Of a stretch of DNA of 64,000 nt, positions 15,556-25,847 are shown in pieces; positions within the stretch are counted from its first letter, which is position 1; the number at the start of each line of letters is the position of its first letter. A program made the translations under genes and the position numbers. Origin of the DNA: a virus (lineage: Duplodnaviria > Caudoviricetes); the IMG/VR virus record IMGVR_UViG_3300025018_000001; one strand, 5' to 3'. The notes under the pieces were generated by a model. The model was not told the origin of the DNA. It worked only from the letters and a program-made list of their open reading frames with translations, and did no database searches.

Positions 15556-15559
15556 TAAA

Positions 15560-16441
15560 TTAAATCTGAATAAATGGTTTATTAAGGTTATCCTCACTAC
15601 AAATAAGCTGAGGAGTTTGCTCAAATCTGCGCTTTCTTAAAAGTTCTTCTGCTTTATCACGTAAAGTTTTCAAATCAATTGTTGGATTTTGTAGTAGTAA
15701 TCCTTGTACTACGTAAGATAAAGCTCCCTGATACCTATTAGTAAAGTAAGCATCAGCAGATGTTTGGTCGTCACTACAACCAGTTATAATAGAAATATTA
15801 TGTTTACTATAACTAGGTGGGCTTATAGGTATAATAGGCTCTGGTTGAAATAGGAAGTCAAAAAAGTTTTTATTTAAATCATCCTCGCCAAAAGATGATG
15901 TTGGATCAAATAAATCTTTTGTTAAAGTTGCGTCCGATACACGGGACATTAAATCTAAAGGTGTAGGAATTTGTTTTACTAACCTATCTTTAGGTATAGC
16001 AGCTCTGTCAATAGAACCACTATGACATGCATCTACAACCATAGCTATATGGTGATTATCTTTCAATTTTTTCATTAACCTGGCTATCTGGTTATCCAAA
16101 ATGTAGTTACCTTCCCAATTAAAGTCAACTGGGCACATAAGTTCATCCATAGAGTCAGGTTCATAGTTATCTTCCGAGTAATCTTGTGTAGGAATTTGTG
16201 CTCCATGACCTGAGTAGTAGAACATTTTATTCTCAGCATCATTTGTTATCAACCATTCCATTCTTTCCATTATATTATCTTTTGTAGCACGCTCATCTAA
16301 TATTAATCTTATCTGGTTTGCAGGAACTTTATAAATCTTAACTAATATATCCCGCATTATGATAACATCGTTAACACAACCGTTGAGTGGGCAATCAGGG
16401 TATTTATTAATACCTACAAGAACTGCACTAAAATTAGACAT
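15560..16441 (-). CDS. Caspase-family protease (Peptidase C14, metacaspase-like)
   Basis: VGINKY, L.GCVND, YYSGHG, VDACHSG, GCSDDQTSAD, GALS. Confidence 0.93.
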   Translation of the reverse strand: MSNFSAVLVGINKYPDCPLNGCVNDVIIMRDILVKIYKVPANQIRLILDERATKDNIMERMEWLITNDAENKMFYYSGHGAQIPTQDYSEDNYEPDSMDELMCPVDFNWEGNYILDNQIARLMKKLKDNHHIAMVVDACHSGSIDRAAIPKDRLVKQIPTPLDLMSRVSDATLTKDLFDPTSSFGEDDLNKNFFDFLFQPEPIIPISPPSYSKHNISIITGCSDDQTSADAYFTNRYQGALSYVVQGLLLQNPTIDLKTLRDKAEELLRKRRFEQTPQLICSEDNLNKPFIQI

Positions 16442-16456
16442 CTAATTTCTCCTTAT

Positions 16457-16966
16457 TTAAATATTTTTATTTCTTCTTAAACCTAATTCTTTAAACGCAC
16501 TTTTAAATCCACCTTTTCTGTAACCATTCCAAGCAACCCAGCCAAATAAACGTAGTACAAACCAAGCAGCGTCATTTAGGAAAAATCTACCATTTACATA
16601 TGTGTTTATAGCACGTATTTGTCTATCAAAAAAAGATCGTTTTTCTCTATTAAAAACTTTATTATTATTGACGTCTAGTAAATAACCATACTGATAGCCA
16701 AAGTCATGAAAAATACTACCTATAAGTAATATACCGACTGGATCTAGAATAGGCCAAAAGACTCTTGGTACTGATGCGCCATCAAAAGTAAAACCTTTTG
16801 GTATAAATAAAGTAGTATTCAACCAAGGTATATATAATGTATAGTCAACATCAATAATCCACATACGTCTACTAAAAGCATGTTTAACCTTTTTAAGCCA
16901 GGGTAGCCCACGTGTGGGTATACGTAAAGGACTAAATGAAGGCATCCTTATAGTGGTATCTATCAT
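16457..16966 (-). CDS. DUF1353-family protein
   Basis: IPKGF.FDGASVPR, FHDFGY, D. Confidence 0.85.
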   Translation of the reverse strand: MIDTTIRMPSFSPLRIPTRGLPWLKKVKHAFSRRMWIIDVDYTLYIPWLNTTLFIPKGFTFDGASVPRVFWPILDPVGILLIGSIFHDFGYQYGYLLDVNNNKVFNREKRSFFDRQIRAINTYVNGRFFLNDAAWFVLRLFGWVAWNGYRKGGFKSAFKELGLRRNKNI

Positions 16967-17148
16967 TTTATATCCCCTTTCTTAAAAGATACACTCATGT
17001 TAGTAGAAGAAATATTTCTATGTATCTGTGTATTAAATTCTTTTACATTATTTGGTGACTTGCCATGAAGCCTAAAAAGAAACATAATTGTAATAGAAGC
17101 TAAAGCAAGTACATGAAGTCCTTTACAAAAAATTACCATAATATCCAT
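16963..17148 (-). CDS. Small single-TM hypothetical protein
   Basis: ORF track, hydrophobic N-terminus. Confidence 0.55.
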   Translation of the reverse strand: MDIMVIFCKGLHVLALASITIMFLFRLHGKSPNNVKEFNTQIHRNISSTNMSVSFKKGDIK

Positions 17149-17394
17149 AGAAGTTACCTGAGTATATATTAATTATAATTAGGAGCCTAATGGCCCCTCC
17201 CTTACATCCACAAGAGTGACCCTTAATTCACCTTTTTATAATCTGATATAGATACCCAACTGTACGAAAAACCGTTTCTACTTGTAATATTTAAGTTACT
17301 ACAATAAAATAGGAAATCCAAACACCAGTTTTTTGTTAATGTGTATAAGGTTTCTAGATCAGTAATAAAGCACTGAGGGTCAAGTTTTTTCACA

Positions 17395-17736
17395 CTAATC
17401 TTCCCTAGGAGCTTTATTTCTTAAAGCTTCTTTTTTTAACTCTGTTCTTGAGTCTAAAAATCTTGTATAAAGTTTATACATAAAAAATAGAATTATACCT
17501 GATTTACCTGTACTAGTTAAAGCAGTTAAGTCAGGCATATTACTAGCATGTACTGAGGCTACAACATCTTGTACGGTTGTTGCATATTTAGCCATATCCT
17601 CTGGTGATACAATCTTAGTAACATCACCACCTAAAACTTCTTTTAGTAGATACAAACCTCCTAATAATACACCTGCTAAAGATTGTCCTTCTAAGGATTG
17701 ATAGGCTGGTTTTACATCTGGAATCTCTTTTGCCAT
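17395..17736 (-). CDS. Membrane protein (holin-like candidate)
   Basis: Two hydrophobic segments and basic C-terminus. Confidence 0.55.
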   Translation of the reverse strand: MAKEIPDVKPAYQSLEGQSLAGVLLGGLYLLKEVLGGDVTKIVSPEDMAKYATTVQDVVASVHASNMPDLTALTSTGKSGIILFFMYKLYTRFLDSRTELKKEALRNKAPRED

Positions 17737-17752
17737 AATGTGTGTCTCCTAT

Positions 17753-18298
17753 TTAAAGTACTACTACTGCGATACTTAATATTTTAATAGCTAAACCTAG
17801 TACATTGGCCACTAAAGTCAAAGTTGTATTAACTTTAGTATTTGAATTAGCATCTATTAGAATACTAATTTTTTTAGATGCCTCAACAGCTTGTCTATCG
17901 AAACTCTCAAATAACATTTTTGTATCTGCATCAAAAGCATTTTCATGTGCTTTAACTACACTACGTGCTGCAATGTAGCTATTTTTAGTCATATCCCACA
18001 TGGTACTAACGTCATACATATTAAAATTAGTTGTATCTAACCTAAGCAACATATCATACTTCATAAGTAGTAATTTTATTGTTGCGTCTACATCTATAAG
18101 TCTGTCCCACTCTAATGGTGTGAATATTTTATTTTCTTCTTGTTTAAAGTTTAATAAATTTTTAACCTGTACGTAAGAGTCACTGAGAGAAATAACTTCT
18201 AGCTGTAAAGTTGTGCTATCTATAGGAGGCTGTGCTTGCGTAGCACAACCCCCTATAAGCAAAATTGTTAAAAGTATACTAAAGAACAATTTTTTCAT
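17753..18298 (-). CDS. Lipoprotein
   Basis: Lipobox LIGGC after signal peptide; hydrophobic C-terminus. Confidence 0.75.
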   Translation of the reverse strand: MKKLFFSILLTILLIGGCATQAQPPIDSTTLQLEVISLSDSYVQVKNLLNFKQEENKIFTPLEWDRLIDVDATIKLLLMKYDMLLRLDTTNFNMYDVSTMWDMTKNSYIAARSVVKAHENAFDADTKMLFESFDRQAVEASKKISILIDANSNTKVNTTLTLVANVLGLAIKILSIAVVVL

Positions 18299-18314
18299 GT
18301 GTACTCCCGTTCAG

Positions 18315-18905
18315 TTAATCTGTAGCAACTATGTCTCCTTCTAATGAAGCGGCACCCTCTAAAGCAGCGTCACCATTATTAGTCTTATAACTATCGGTAT
18401 TAGTGGTATTATAAGAGTCATGCACACCTGCACCATTAATGCCCGTCTTAGCAACATCAGCTAAATTGTTTGATTGTACAATACCTAAAGCTATGCCACC
18501 TATTCCTAGTATTGTGCTTCCCATTTTTCTTACAGAATCTCCAACAGACTCCGGCGCCTCAATCTTATTCAAGGCTACTGTAGGTTTAGTAGCGTCGCCT
18601 AGAGTTTTTGTTGTTTGCCACTTATCTTCTAATACCATTACCATGATCGGTGCAATAACATCATCAGATGTATCCGGTGTTTTCGCAACCGCTTGCATTA
18701 CGTTGCCAGTCAAAGTCAACATTTTTTCTTCATGTTTTCGCTGGGCTTCTTCCCGCTTGGTTGTTTCTTTTTCTGCCATCAGTTGTAACGTGATGTTCTG
18801 CTCTTTCACGGCTTGGGCGTAGTCACCATAACCGATAGTACATCCTGTAAAAGACATACATAAGAGTAATGCCACTGCTGTTAAAACCAATTTGTTGATT
18901 TTCAT
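18315..18905 (-). CDS. Lipoprotein with coiled coil
   Basis: Lipobox SFTGC. Confidence 0.75.
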   Translation of the reverse strand: MKINKLVLTAVALLLCMSFTGCTIGYGDYAQAVKEQNITLQLMAEKETTKREEAQRKHEEKMLTLTGNVMQAVAKTPDTSDDVIAPIMVMVLEDKWQTTKTLGDATKPTVALNKIEAPESVGDSVRKMGSTILGIGGIALGIVQSNNLADVAKTGINGAGVHDSYNTTNTDSYKTNNGDAALEGAASLEGDIVATD

Positions 18906-18984
18906 AATTCTTGCTCTCCTAAATAAGCATTGACGATTGGACTAATTGCTCTCCTGTAATAGTGTAGTCAGTTTATTAGTAAAT

Positions 18985-19024
18985 ATAAAACCCCTGACTA
19001 ATACAAGATTAGTAGGGGTTTTAT
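18985..19024. terminator. Intrinsic, probably bidirectional terminator
   Basis: ATAAAACCCCT(G)ACTAAT-ACAAG-ATTAGTAGGGGTTTTAT. Confidence 0.85.
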
Positions 19025-19038
19025 CTAAAAAATTATAT

Positions 19039-19632
19039 TTATTTTAGGCTGAAAAGATTAATAAACTTAGTATAAAATTCTAGTGGTGTATGTGGGTCTA
19101 ACCAACCAGATATTATACCTCCTTTATTTAAACATAGTTTAGCTGCTGCCACCATATCCTCAATTTCAGGTAAGGTGTCCTCATCTATATGTTTATAGAA
19201 ATCCATAAATATAAAATCATATTTATTCTTTGTACGCAACATGAATTTCAAACCGTCTTGATTCACTATTTCATGTCTTTCTGGGTCATATACGGACCAT
19301 TTTTCTAATTTATTATCAAGTAATTTTATAGTATCGTTATGTGAATTTATTACATCTTTACGTAATTCTACAGTAGTTAATGATTTAACTTGTGGATATG
19401 TTAAAATACATCTTGAAGCTACACCTAAACCTAAACCTATTTCTAAACAACGTCCTCTAGGTTTATCCCCTAACTGTTCCATATAAACTGTGTATTCACT
19501 TTCCAAAGCCCATAGGTTGTGCCCTGGTCCCACCTCTAAAAATAGTTCTCCGTGCATTTCATAAACAGTAACATTACCATGATTACTCACGACCTTTCCG
19601 TCCTTAAAATAAATACCTGTTGCTGTCTGCAT
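19039..19632 (-). CDS. Spermidine-synthase-like SAM-fold methyltransferase
   Basis: CLEIGLGLG, LTTVE, QDGL, YDFIFMD. Confidence 0.75.
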   Translation of the reverse strand: MQTATGIYFKDGKVVSNHGNVTVYEMHGELFLEVGPGHNLWALESEYTVYMEQLGDKPRGRCLEIGLGLGVASRCILTYPQVKSLTTVELRKDVINSHNDTIKLLDNKLEKWSVYDPERHEIVNQDGLKFMLRTKNKYDFIFMDFYKHIDEDTLPEIEDMVAAAKLCLNKGGIISGWLDPHTPLEFYTKFINLFSLK

Positions 19633-19674
19633 TGTATCCTCCAGATGTGTGTTTACTCCATTAGCTAGTATAAA

Positions 19675-20148
19675 TTACAAAATTACATCTCCCTGCTGTT
19701 GGTCTTCTTGTTGTTCGTAAACAGCTAGGGTCAACTCTGTTAATTTAGATGCCCAATTAGGGTCATCAGCATTTTTTTGGAGTTCTGCTGCAAAATCTTC
19801 TACATCGTGTCCAACTAATTTTAATTTTCCCTTTTCATTAAATACAATATGATTAAGTTCATGTGAAATTATTCTCTTCCTATCCTGTTCAGAAGCATAC
19901 TGCCAAGCTAGTGCGTCAATAATAACTATACAGTCATAACCCTCTGGAATACCGTCATCAGTTGTAAAGAATTTTACCTTTTCATTAGCTAATTCTACAG
20001 AGGCTAATGTAATATTACCTTTGTACACCCGCTTTTTAGTATCAAAAATAAGTTTAAAATTTAAACCTTCCAACCAGTTAAACTCGGTGTTTAAAACGTT
20101 GGCAAAGGTGGTCTCTAAAAGCTCGTCGGAATCAAGGTATCTGTTCAT
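19675..20148 (-). CDS. Putative phage metallopeptidase
   Basis: HELNH and GHDVEDF motifs. Confidence 0.8.
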   Translation of the reverse strand: MNRYLDSDELLETTFANVLNTEFNWLEGLNFKLIFDTKKRVYKGNITLASVELANEKVKFFTTDDGIPEGYDCIVIIDALAWQYASEQDRKRIISHELNHIVFNEKGKLKLVGHDVEDFAAELQKNADDPNWASKLTELTLAVYEQQEDQQQGDVIL

Positions 20149-20212
20149 TGTAATTCTCCTAAATGTAAATTAATAATAGCTAACACTATGTTAGCATTTT
20201 TAAACTTCATAC

Positions 20213-20241
20213 ATTATACAACAACTGTATAAATAATGCAA
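20213..20241 (-). promoter_or_regulatory. Sigma70-type promoter
   Basis: TTGCAT-N17-TATAAT. Confidence 0.7.
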
Positions 20242-20247
20242 CTATTT

Positions 20248-20499
20248 TTATATTTCTTGTAAAGGTTTCACTGTACCATATGGCGCACCGTCATCCCAAT
20301 GATATTCTACATCAGGAAAAACGCTACCAAATTTACGACGCATATAATCAAAACCTTTACCATTCCATTTACCTATATAAAAGTTTCTAGCTTTACATAA
20401 ATAGGTCATGCCTACAACTAACTCTTCTCTAGGTATCCAATTGTCGAATGGGATGTGCCTAAAATATAACTCACGTATTTCTTCTTCTGTAAATTCCAT
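20248..20499 (-). CDS. Hypothetical protein
   Basis: ORF track, GGAG RBS. Confidence 0.7.
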   Translation of the reverse strand: MEFTEEEIRELYFRHIPFDNWIPREELVVGMTYLCKARNFYIGKWNGKGFDYMRRKFGSVFPDVEYHWDDGAPYGTVKPLQEI

Positions 20500-20502
20500 A
20501 AA

Positions 20503-20853
20503 TCACTCCACAAACATTTTAAACTCACCTGTGTTTTCATCTACAGCATAGAAAACCTTAGTAGCTCCTTCATAGTAGCCAATACATCTCCGCTCAATCC
20601 TAAATGATTCCTGTGACCCTGGCACTACTGATGCAGTATTACGAATAAAGTATGCAGCCTTACCAGTTAGATCCCATCTTCGTGTATCAAATAATAATGA
20701 TAGTTGTTTAATCTGTATTTTTGGTACCTCACGCCACTCGTGTGTATCTTCAGTCATTCTGCTACCGTCATACAACAGTACTTCCCAACCTCTCTGCATA
20801 ATGTTATTCCCCTTATTTCCCTTTATTATACTATAAATTACTATGTGTGTCAA
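20503..20853 (-). CDS. Hypothetical protein (true start possibly MQRG)
   Basis: ORF track. Confidence 0.65.
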   Translation of the reverse strand: MTHIVIYSIIKGNKGNNIMQRGWEVLLYDGSRMTEDTHEWREVPKIQIKQLSLLFDTRRWDLTGKAAYFIRNTASVVPGSQESFRIERRCIGYYEGATKVFYAVDENTGEFKMFVE

Positions 20854-20858
20854 TCATT

Positions 20859-21047
20859 TTATTCACTTAATAATTTATGACCACAAAAAGGACAAAATTT
20901 AATAGGTATTCCATAATTATGAGTTTTATGAAATGTTCCTTCATCTGATATTTCCATCCATGCTATTATTATACCATAGTTAGAATATTTTTGAAACAAA
21001 AAAGGGTGGTCTATAATAACATTTTTAAAATCTTCGCAACATTCCAT
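20859..21047 (-). CDS. Small Cys-rich hypothetical protein
   Basis: MECC...FCPFCG. Confidence 0.65.
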   Translation of the reverse strand: MECCEDFKNVIIDHPFLFQKYSNYGIIIAWMEISDEGTFHKTHNYGIPIKFCPFCGHKLLSE

Positions 21048-21054
21048 AAAAAAT

Positions 21055-21079
21055 AAGGGCCTACAAACAGTAGGCCCTT
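21055..21079 (-). terminator. Intrinsic terminator after dnaK
   Basis: AAGGGCCTAC-TGTTT-GTAGGCCCTT-ATTTTTT. Confidence 0.85.
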
Positions 21080-21112
21080 CCTCCTTAAATTAAGTTTTAG
21101 GTGGGTGTCTAC

Positions 21113-22972
21113 TTAATTAGAAGCAGATGCTTCCTCTTCAGGTGGCACTGGAGGCGTATCCATAGGAGGTGCCTGTGCATAAATCTTTTCTGCCACGGGA
21201 TGAAAAGTAGCATTTAATTCTTCTACCTTCTGATTTAGTTCTTCCACAGAAGTAGTTGTTGTAAGAATCTCACGAAGTTCCTTAATTTTAGTTTCTATAG
21301 ACTCCTTTTCTTCATCAGATACTTTATCACTACTCTCCTTTAAAGTTTTCTCCATTTGATAGGCAGTGTTCTCTGCTTGATTTTTTGCTTCAATCAAGCT
21401 ACGTTTAGCCTTATCAGCCTCAGCATGTTCTGCTGCTTCATCAACCATACGAGCAATATCTTCTTTAGACAATCCTGAAGAGGACTCTATCTTAATAGAC
21501 TGCTCTTTACCTGTACCTAAATCCTTAGCAGCTACTGTTAAAATACCGTTAGCATCAATATTGAAACTAACTTCTATTTGTGGTACACCACGTGGGGCTG
21601 GGGGTATACCAACTAAATCAAACCTACCTAAAGTTTTGTTATCCTGAGCCATCTCTCGCTCCCCTTGAATAACATGTATTGACACTGCATTTTGATTATC
21701 TGCAGCAGTACTAAATACTTGCGTCCTTAACACAGGTATAGATGTGTTCTTTTCTATAACTTTAGTAGCAATACCCCCAAGAGTCTCAATACTAAATGAC
21801 AGAGCGGTCACATCAAGCAACAGAACATCTGTTGTAACACCAGCTATAATACTTGCTTGGATAGCAGCTCCCTGAGCAACAACCTCATCGGGATTAACAG
21901 ATTTATTTACTTTCTTACCGAAGAAGTCTTCAACCGCTTTCTGTATAGCAGGTATACGAGTAGAACCACCTACTAAAATTACTTCATCAATATCCTTAAT
22001 ATCAACTCCTGAGTCCCGTAATACCGTTTTACAAGGCACTAAAATTCTTTCTACTAGATGAGCTGTCATAGCGTCAAACTTAGACCTAGATAATTTCATA
22101 GTTAAATGCTTAGGGCCAGAGGCTGTAGCAGTTATAAAAGGCAGATTAATAGTAGTCTCCGAGGATGAAGATAATTCCTTCTTAGCCGATTCAGCTTCAT
22201 CTTTTAATCTCTGTAAAGCCATATTATCTTTTGACAGGTCAATGCCTTCTGATTTTTTAAACTCATCTACTAACCAGTTAACAATAATTTGGTCAAAATC
22301 TGTGCCCCCCAGAAAACTATCACCACTAGTTGCTTTAGTCTCTACAACCCCTCCACCTAACTCAAGTAAACTTACGTCATGTGTACCCGCGCCAGTGTCA
22401 ACGATTAAAACCTTTTCTTCCTTCTTGCCCTCAAAACCATAAGCTAGTGCAGCTGAAGTTGGTTCTGAAATAATACGTTTAACATCTAGTCCTGCAATTT
22501 TTCCTGCGTCCTTTGTTGCTTGCCTCTGTGCATCCGTGAAATAAGCAGGTACAGTAATAACCGCTTCTGTAACAGCTTCGCCTAAGTAATCTTCAGCGTA
22601 TTTCTTCATTTCAGCTAAAACAGCTGCTGATATCTCTACTGGAGAAAGCGTTTTACCAGCTACATCAATAAGCACCTCACCATTAGTACCTTCCTTCAAC
22701 TTAAAAGGTGCGGTTTTTGCAAAATCTTGCACTTCTTTATCTTTATAGAGTCTTCCTATAAGCCGTTTTGCTTCGTAAATAGTTCTTTCAGCATTAGTGG
22801 CTGCTTGTCGCTTAGCTGCACCGCCTACTAGTTTACCTTCATCAGTGAAAGCAACTACTGATGGAGTTGTTCTATTTCCATCACTATTTACTATGATCTT
22901 TGAAGACCCATTCTCCATAACTGATACAACCGAAAAACCGGTTCCAAGGTCAATGCCTACAATCTTTCCCAT
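21113..22972 (-). CDS. dnaK: Hsp70 chaperone DnaK
   Basis: [33 protein letters not shown]. Confidence 0.98.
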   Translation of the reverse strand: MGKIVGIDLGTGFSVVSVMENGSSKIIVNSDGNRTTPSVVAFTDEGKLVGGAAKRQAATNAERTIYEAKRLIGRLYKDKEVQDFAKTAPFKLKEGTNGEVLIDVAGKTLSPVEISAAVLAEMKKYAEDYLGEAVTEAVITVPAYFTDAQRQATKDAGKIAGLDVKRIISEPTSAALAYGFEGKKEEKVLIVDTGAGTHDVSLLELGGGVVETKATSGDSFLGGTDFDQIIVNWLVDEFKKSEGIDLSKDNMALQRLKDEAESAKKELSSSSETTINLPFITATASGPKHLTMKLSRSKFDAMTAHLVERILVPCKTVLRDSGVDIKDIDEVILVGGSTRIPAIQKAVEDFFGKKVNKSVNPDEVVAQGAAIQASIIAGVTTDVLLLDVTALSFSIETLGGIATKVIEKNTSIPVLRTQVFSTAADNQNAVSIHVIQGEREMAQDNKTLGRFDLVGIPPAPRGVPQIEVSFNIDANGILTVAAKDLGTGKEQSIKIESSSGLSKEDIARMVDEAAEHAEADKAKRSLIEAKNQAENTAYQMEKTLKESSDKVSDEEKESIETKIKELREILTTTTSVEELNQKVEELNATFHPVAEKIYAQAPPMDTPPVPPEEEASASN

Positions 22973-23002
22973 TCTAAACTCTCCTTTAAATTTGTTAATT
23001 AT

Positions 23003-23572
23003 TTATACTACCTTAAACTTATTCCAAATATTTAAATCATAATCAGCTGGGGTTTTCCCTGCTTCCTGTGCTAAAGTAAGCACTATTTTTTCTAATGTCA
23101 AGTATAATTTTTTATTACTTGGTGTATTTTTAGGTACTTCATATCCTAGTAATTTCAAATGTTTCAACATATGTGTGTCAAGACCTGCATAGGGTGCATT
23201 TTCTCTACTATGTATCAAGAAACACCTAGCAGTTTTCATACCTATACCATAGATACTTTCCAAGTCTTCAGATGTACAGGTCTTTAAATTTAACCCTGCT
23301 CTAGCTAACTGTGATAAAGTGCGTGCTTTTATATTGTGACACCCTGTTTTATTAGCTGCTAGAAAGTCAGCAAGCTGTTCAGTGGTGTAATGCATTATAG
23401 CGTCAAACGGTGGTAATGTCATACCGAAACTTTGCCAAAAACTAACCATATTATTTGTACATTCAGCAGCGCGGGTGCCATTTTTTCCCGCCGCTAGAAC
23501 CCAAAATATAATTCGTTCTTCAAGCTCAAAGTCTGTTAAGTTATAGTTAGTTATATTAGCAGCATCTATCAT
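23003..23572 (-). CDS. HhH-GPD-superfamily DNA glycosylase-like protein
   Basis: LESIYGIGMKTA HhH motif, LDTHML. Confidence 0.75.
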   Translation of the reverse strand: MIDAANITNYNLTDFELEERIIFWVLAAGKNGTRAAECTNNMVSFWQSFGMTLPPFDAIMHYTTEQLADFLAANKTGCHNIKARTLSQLARAGLNLKTCTSEDLESIYGIGMKTARCFLIHSRENAPYAGLDTHMLKHLKLLGYEVPKNTPSNKKLYLTLEKIVLTLAQEAGKTPADYDLNIWNKFKVV

Positions 23573-23629
23573 AATTTCTCCTTGTTTATTTAACCATCAT
23601 TATTATATAGCATGAATTATATACCACCA

Positions 23630-23657
23630 ATTATAACACATATCGCAAGATAGTCAA
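23630..23657 (-). promoter_or_regulatory. Sigma70-type promoter for the glycosylase-dnaK unit
   Basis: TTGACT-N16-TATAAT with extended TG. Confidence 0.7.
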
Positions 23658-23683
23658 GATAAAAATAAAGGAGTATAAATATT

Positions 23684-25846
23684 ATGGCAGATTATTATGT
23701 GGACTTCACCAGGGGTACTAATGGTACTGGAACTGCAGCGGCCCCATGGAATGTGTTTACCTCAACACAAAATGCAGGTGTTTCCGCTGGAGATAAGGTA
23801 TGGTTCAGACGTTGTACTGTGGCAGTCAATACTAAGGTTATTGCATTTAAAGCAGGTACTGATAACTTAAATAGAATTACTTATATAGGATGGCCTCTAG
23901 TGGGTGATGAATTTTATGATAGTAGAGAACCCACTTTACAAGCTGCTTGGGATGTTGATGGTGCTTTATGGACAATGCAATCTAATAATTCAACAACAGT
24001 ATCAGTCGCAGCAGTAGACAGTAATATTAATATACATAGATTTGATGTTTACTCAGAGTATGCTGGTAATACCACCCAAACTTGCTTTAAGATGGATGGT
24101 TTAAGTAACATTACACTGAATAATTGTAGGTCAGGTATGTACGCAGTACCTCTTAATACCTCTTATACAGCAGGACAATTCTATATAAATAATAGCAGTA
24201 ATATTAAAGTAAACAATTCTTATATAAATGGGCAATCACAAGGAAACACTGTTACTTCCAACCGGGAGCACACACTAACTATACTAAATAGTGATGTTGT
24301 ATTTACAAACTGTGATTTTATTCATGGTAGTTCAGCGGCTACTGTATGGACACAAAACTACATGTCTGCATATAGAGCCGGGTCTTTCATTCAAAACTCT
24401 AATATAAGTTTTTATGGCTGCGATTGGAAGGATCAGTTTAACATGTCAATGAGTGTGCAAGTAGTTACAGGCCCAGCACATGTTTATTATTTTGAAAATT
24501 CCCAAGTAACTATATCAGGTTGTACATATCAATCTATGAACACTGTCGGTCTACAAAGTTTAGTAGCTTATGAAAATGGTTATGGTTGGTTACCTTTCTT
24601 TAGATTTATGGGTGCCCTAACCAATGTAAATATAGCTAGTACTGATTTCTCTTCAATTACCCATAAATCTAATCCTTTGATGGTTGATGAAAATGCAAAT
24701 TTAGTTATGACCAACTGTACTTGGGATGTACTTACAGGTTTTACACAAAATGTACTTATGGGTCTATATAATGTCGGTACAATAAGTATAGATGGTGTTA
24801 CATTAACATTACCAACAGCCACGCAAGAAAATTGGAACTATTATAATTGGTTTGCCTACATAAAAGACTGGGAGGCCATTACTGACTCGGCACGTTGTAG
24901 TTTTACTAATATTACTGGATCTGGTCACTTACTCGACGTAAGTTGGGAGGCTAGTGATAAACTAACTCTTACATTAACTCCTGCAAATAGTAATATATTT
25001 GGAGTAGGCCCTTTAGTAGTTTCTCATATAGCCAATATAATAGCCGATGACTGCTCATTAAATAGTTTTATTTTTTATAATAAAATATATGTGACTAATC
25101 AAGTCGTCCCAGGAGGGTCAGCACCAACAAATACTGTAAGATGTAACAACTGTAGTTTTTATAATAAGCCCATAGTACTACACGAAAGTTATGCGGCATA
25201 TATTAAAGCCACCTTATACGGCTGTGTTGGTACAGGCACCAATATAATAGACGTTAAAACAGCATTAGCATACACATCAGACATAAAAGCTCTAAGAACT
25301 AGAGGTTTTATAGGTACCGGTAATTTGAGTGCTACAGGCGAAAATGTGTTACTACAAGTACTTAATAGTTATAATGGGGGTGTATCTTCTTATACAAATA
25401 ATATAATGAGTATATCTTCATCTAGTGTAGCTAGAGCAGGTGGTGCTGGTTATACCAACGCTATATCCAAACTCAATGCTAATGGGGTTAAACTCAGATA
25501 CCCAGCTATAGGTGAGGATTCCATTTGGGTATATTTCCCGACTGCTGGTAACTACGTAGTAACTGCTTATATGTGTTACGAGAGTATTTCAGGGGCGTTT
25601 ATTCAGGGAGATATAGATCTTGGTCTAGAAATAATGGACTCTTATTCATATCCTTTTAGGGGAGGTACCCTAAGTGAAGATGTTCTAAGTGTATGGACAG
25701 GTATAAGTGGCGCTACAAATATAACGGTATCTGATGTTGTTACTATACCTAAGCCTCAATACTGTCCTATATTTTTAAATATATACCCCTCACTTCCTGG
25801 GCAAATTATATACTTTGATCCTAAAATATTAATAACTGCTGTATAA
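23684..25846 (+). CDS. Large beta-helix (pectin-lyase-like) virion/tail protein
   Basis: YYVD...G.GT...PW start, repeated Asn/Cys-ladder strands, AAAGGAG RBS. Confidence 0.7.
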   Translation: MADYYVDFTRGTNGTGTAAAPWNVFTSTQNAGVSAGDKVWFRRCTVAVNTKVIAFKAGTDNLNRITYIGWPLVGDEFYDSREPTLQAAWDVDGALWTMQSNNSTTVSVAAVDSNINIHRFDVYSEYAGNTTQTCFKMDGLSNITLNNCRSGMYAVPLNTSYTAGQFYINNSSNIKVNNSYINGQSQGNTVTSNREHTLTILNSDVVFTNCDFIHGSSAATVWTQNYMSAYRAGSFIQNSNISFYGCDWKDQFNMSMSVQVVTGPAHVYYFENSQVTISGCTYQSMNTVGLQSLVAYENGYGWLPFFRFMGALTNVNIASTDFSSITHKSNPLMVDENANLVMTNCTWDVLTGFTQNVLMGLYNVGTISIDGVTLTLPTATQENWNYYNWFAYIKDWEAITDSARCSFTNITGSGHLLDVSWEASDKLTLTLTPANSNIFGVGPLVVSHIANIIADDCSLNSFIFYNKIYVTNQVVPGGSAPTNTVRCNNCSFYNKPIVLHESYAAYIKATLYGCVGTGTNIIDVKTALAYTSDIKALRTRGFIGTGNLSATGENVLLQVLNSYNGGVSSYTNNIMSISSSSVARAGGAGYTNAISKLNANGVKLRYPAIGEDSIWVYFPTAGNYVVTAYMCYESISGAFIQGDIDLGLEIMDSYSYPFRGGTLSEDVLSVWTGISGATNITVSDVVTIPKPQYCPIFLNIYPSLPGQIIYFDPKILITAV

Positions 25847-25847
25847 T

